DNA of 64,000 nt from Macrostomum hystrix (Eukaryota; Animalia; Platyhelminthes). The DNA lies in assembly GCA_950097015.1 (NCBI GenBank), contig CATNEN010000003.1, positions 9,858,001-9,922,000 of the forward strand. The letters are read 5' to 3'. The notes beneath the pieces are model-generated. The model had not been told where the DNA came from and did not search any database. It saw only the letters and a program-made list of their open reading frames with translations. This document shows, one piece after another, positions 61,401 to 64,000 of this stretch (its first letter is position 1; every line of letters begins with the position of its first letter). A program made the position numbers and the translations under genes.

Positions 61401-61533
61401 TGTTCCCGATGCCCAGTAGAATCAGGTCCATTGTGTTCAAGCAGCGATTCAATGGCGTAGACATCATGTCCCGATCAACCGGTTTCGTGCGTGATAGGGC
61501 GGTCCATAGTTTTTGCACGCCCAGAGGCACCAT
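58405..61533 (-). CDS. SLC7/CAT-family cationic amino acid transporter, about 675 aa, 3 coding exons
   Basis: Exons 61533-61206, 60454-59061, 58710-58405. LNRCLNTMDLILLGIGNMCGAGIYVLTG, CYAELGSRVPKAGSAYSYTY, CFYAFIGFD, MPRVVYAMATDGL, FKVPVVPLIP...IYFTYG. Confidence 0.96.
58800..59010 (-). mobile_element. SINE family 2, partial copy (SLC7 intron 2)
   Basis: Reverse complement of the family 2 head and hairpin (CATCTGCCCTGACTTTCTCATCGTCA). Confidence 0.85.
60752..61176. repeat. 20-bp minisatellite in SLC7 intron 1, about 21 copies
   Basis: Unit CTGATAGCACATCCCAATCC. Confidence 0.97.
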
Positions 61534-62855
61534 TATTGATGGGAAACTGAGCGCTGGTCTGCAGTAGCGAGCATACAAGGGTGGTAAATTTCTACACCGT
61601 TGTTTAATAACGACGAGTAAAAAATACGTGAATTGAACTCCTCACCTTTTTAAGTTGTAAAAATCGGTTTAGCCTTTCACCGATTGCGTCGTCTCTCGAA
61701 TGAATCGATTGCTTTGTTTTAACCCCCCCTTTTTTACAAATAGATTTGTTATCAGATTGCAAAGCTATAATTAGACAATGAACAGATGGGTCGATCGGCT
61801 TCTCCCAGCTCTTGGCTCAAAACGCTTCGCTCCTAAGATTGCAAATCCGATATTATTGTAGGAAAGATGGTGAGACGAGCGAATTGGGGATGCGGCGCAC
61901 AGCAGGGGAGCATTGGGGAGGGAAGATTTGGCCGGTAACCCGACCACTTCTGCAGGATCCCCTGCCCATGATTCTCCTACACAGCCGTACAGTCGTCTGT
62001 CATTCCTACTAGAAGAGGCCGCATAGTACATCCATGCTCTTATACAGCCAACAAACTTGGAACTTTTCTCCCCCCACATCCTCTCGAAGACTCCGTCCTG
62101 TTTCCTTCCCTCCCTGGCCTCTCTTGCCATCCCCCTCTCTCACTCTCTATCTCTCTCCACCTCAGGTCTGCTCAACTGCGCTCTGAGACTGTGTGGGCTC
62201 ACAGTATCGCGTTATCTCATGGCCTACGGAACGGGGGAGGGATAGAATGTGTACCTTTTCTTCCCTATCCGTCTCTGGGCAGAGATATTTTTGGCAGAGC
62301 ACAACTGGATCGATAAGAAGGATTATTGAAATGAATAGGAAAATTCTGCTTCTCCGTAGGTGGATGTCAGCTAGGATAGGGAGGTTAAATATGGGGCATT
62401 GGCATCTCTTATCCGAGTCGGCCTCTCTATATGTCAGCTTGGCTCAAAGCCAGACATCAGGCCTACAGTATGCCTGATTTCTGTCTTCGTTTCTGCCCTC
62501 CGCTGGCTCAGACAAAACGCAGGCAACAACCGGAAGTGCGAAAATCGACTGCTGAAGGGAGAAAAAAAATAAGGAATAGGGAAATTTGTTTGTGCACTAG
62601 AAGGAAGTGGGCGATAAAAATGTTGGTTTGCTATTTTTAGTTCCAGTCTAGACGAATTGTAGAGAGTCTAGGACTAGGTCAAATCGTTTACAATATGTTA
62701 GCAACATCCATATAATTATTTGTTAATTTGCATGATTATCGCATCGTTGTTATCGCAAAGGACAATATCGTTTCTAACAGATTTTAGGCCATTGATAACA
62801 AGGGATTGAATTCTGTCTAAATAATTCCCTGCAATATATAACACAGGAATGTAAC

Positions 62856-63572
62856 CGTCAAACAGGTTGTTAAGCTGTCTAACAGGTTGATAAGCTGTCT
62901 AACAGGTTGATGAGCTGTCTAACAGGTTGATGAGCTGTCTAACAGGTTGATAAGCTGTCCAACAGGTTGATAAGCTGGCTAACAGCTTCTAGATGAGATG
63001 TCTAACAAGTTAACAAGCTGTCTAACAAGTTGACAAGCTGTCTAACAGGTTGATAAGCTGTCTAACAGGTTGATAAGCTGTCTAACAGGTTGATAAGCTG
63101 TCTAACAGGTTGATGAGCTGTCTAACAGGTTGATGAGCTGTCTAACAGGTTGATAAGCTGTCTAACAGGTTGATGAGCTGTCTAACAGGTTGATAAGCTG
63201 TCCAACAGGTTGGTGGGCTGTCTAACAAGTTGATAAGCTGTCTAACAAGTTGACAAGCTGTCTAACAGGTTGATAAGCTGTCTAACAGGTTGATGAGCTG
63301 TCTAACAGGTTGATGAGCTGTCTAACAGGTTGATGAGCTGTCCAACAGGTTGATAAGCTGTCTAAGAGCTTCTAGATGAGATGTCTAACAAGTTAACAAG
63401 CTGTCTAACAAGTTGACAAGCTGTCTAACAGGTCGATAAGCTGTCTAACAGGTTGATAAGCTGTCTAACAGGTTGATGAGCTGTCTAACAGCTTCTAGAT
63501 GAGATGTCTAACAAGTTGACAAGCTGTCTAACAGGCTGATAAGCTGTCTAACAAGCTATTTGCTGTCTAACA
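62856..63572. repeat. 20-bp minisatellite, about 35 copies
   Basis: Unit CTGTCTAACAGGTTGAT(A/G)AG. Confidence 0.96.
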
Positions 63573-64000
63573 GATCACGTACAGTCTCTTGAAACTTCAA
63601 CGAATCCTTTCAGCAATGTCAAGACCTCGCAATTTCTTTCGGCTTTTCCGACAAGTAGGATTTTTCGAAAAAAAAATAATAATGAAGCCTAGTTTTCTTC
63701 TTTGAAGCCAAAAATTGGATTTTGAATCGATCAGAAATGTTTCACTTGATTGAGTTTGCCAATTTTTTTTATCTAATCCCTGATTTATGTAGTTTCGGCC
63801 ATAAAATATAATATAAAAAAGGGGTTAATTTGCGTCAGCACTACTACGCGCCTCTCGATATCAGTATAGCTATATTCGGATGCTAGTTAAAAAAAGTAAA
63901 TTTTCACAAACTCTGCTTTTTCAATCGGAATATTCACGATAAAAGTGAATAAGTTAGTTGAAGAATATTTTTATCCATAATTGATTAACACCTGCCCAAG

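Noticed and set aside
61771-62480. GC-richer block upstream of SLC7 with short ORFs
   Set aside because: No recognisable motifs, termini or second copy in the window; may be a repeat relic.
11130-63572. CRISPR-like appearance of the 28-40-bp arrays
   Set aside because: Head-to-tail units with no unique spacers, no cas genes, eukaryotic context.

Overview
Eukaryotic (animal) genomic DNA rich in introns and repeats. Its style resembles a free-living flatworm such as Macrostomum; that is an inference and was not verified. I can assemble eight genes by hand: PCIF1/CAPAM (-, 7 coding exons) head-to-head with eIF1A (+, 3 exons), then six co-oriented minus-strand genes. These six are an SLC7/CAT amino-acid transporter, HEMK2/N6AMT1, TUT4/7 terminal uridylyltransferase, two paralogous single-pass membrane proteins of unrecognised family, and a putative secreted protein. 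The first 6.3 kb is a three-level transposon nest: a P-element transposase, interrupted by a LINE, itself interrupted by a young Gypsy element with an internal deletion. A Penelope fragment with a minimal hammerhead ribozyme follows. Two tRNA-derived SINE families, several MITEs and about 18 minisatellite arrays fill introns and spacers. Main observations: (1) HEMK2 has no genomic start codon and begins at a splice acceptor, as expected if a flatworm-type spliced leader ending in AUG supplies the start, probably within an operon. (2) Almost every intron holds either its own minisatellite or a SINE, never both, and several minisatellite units look like amplified 3' splice sites. (3) The two membrane proteins share a conserved 35-aa membrane motif and phospho-site-rich tails.
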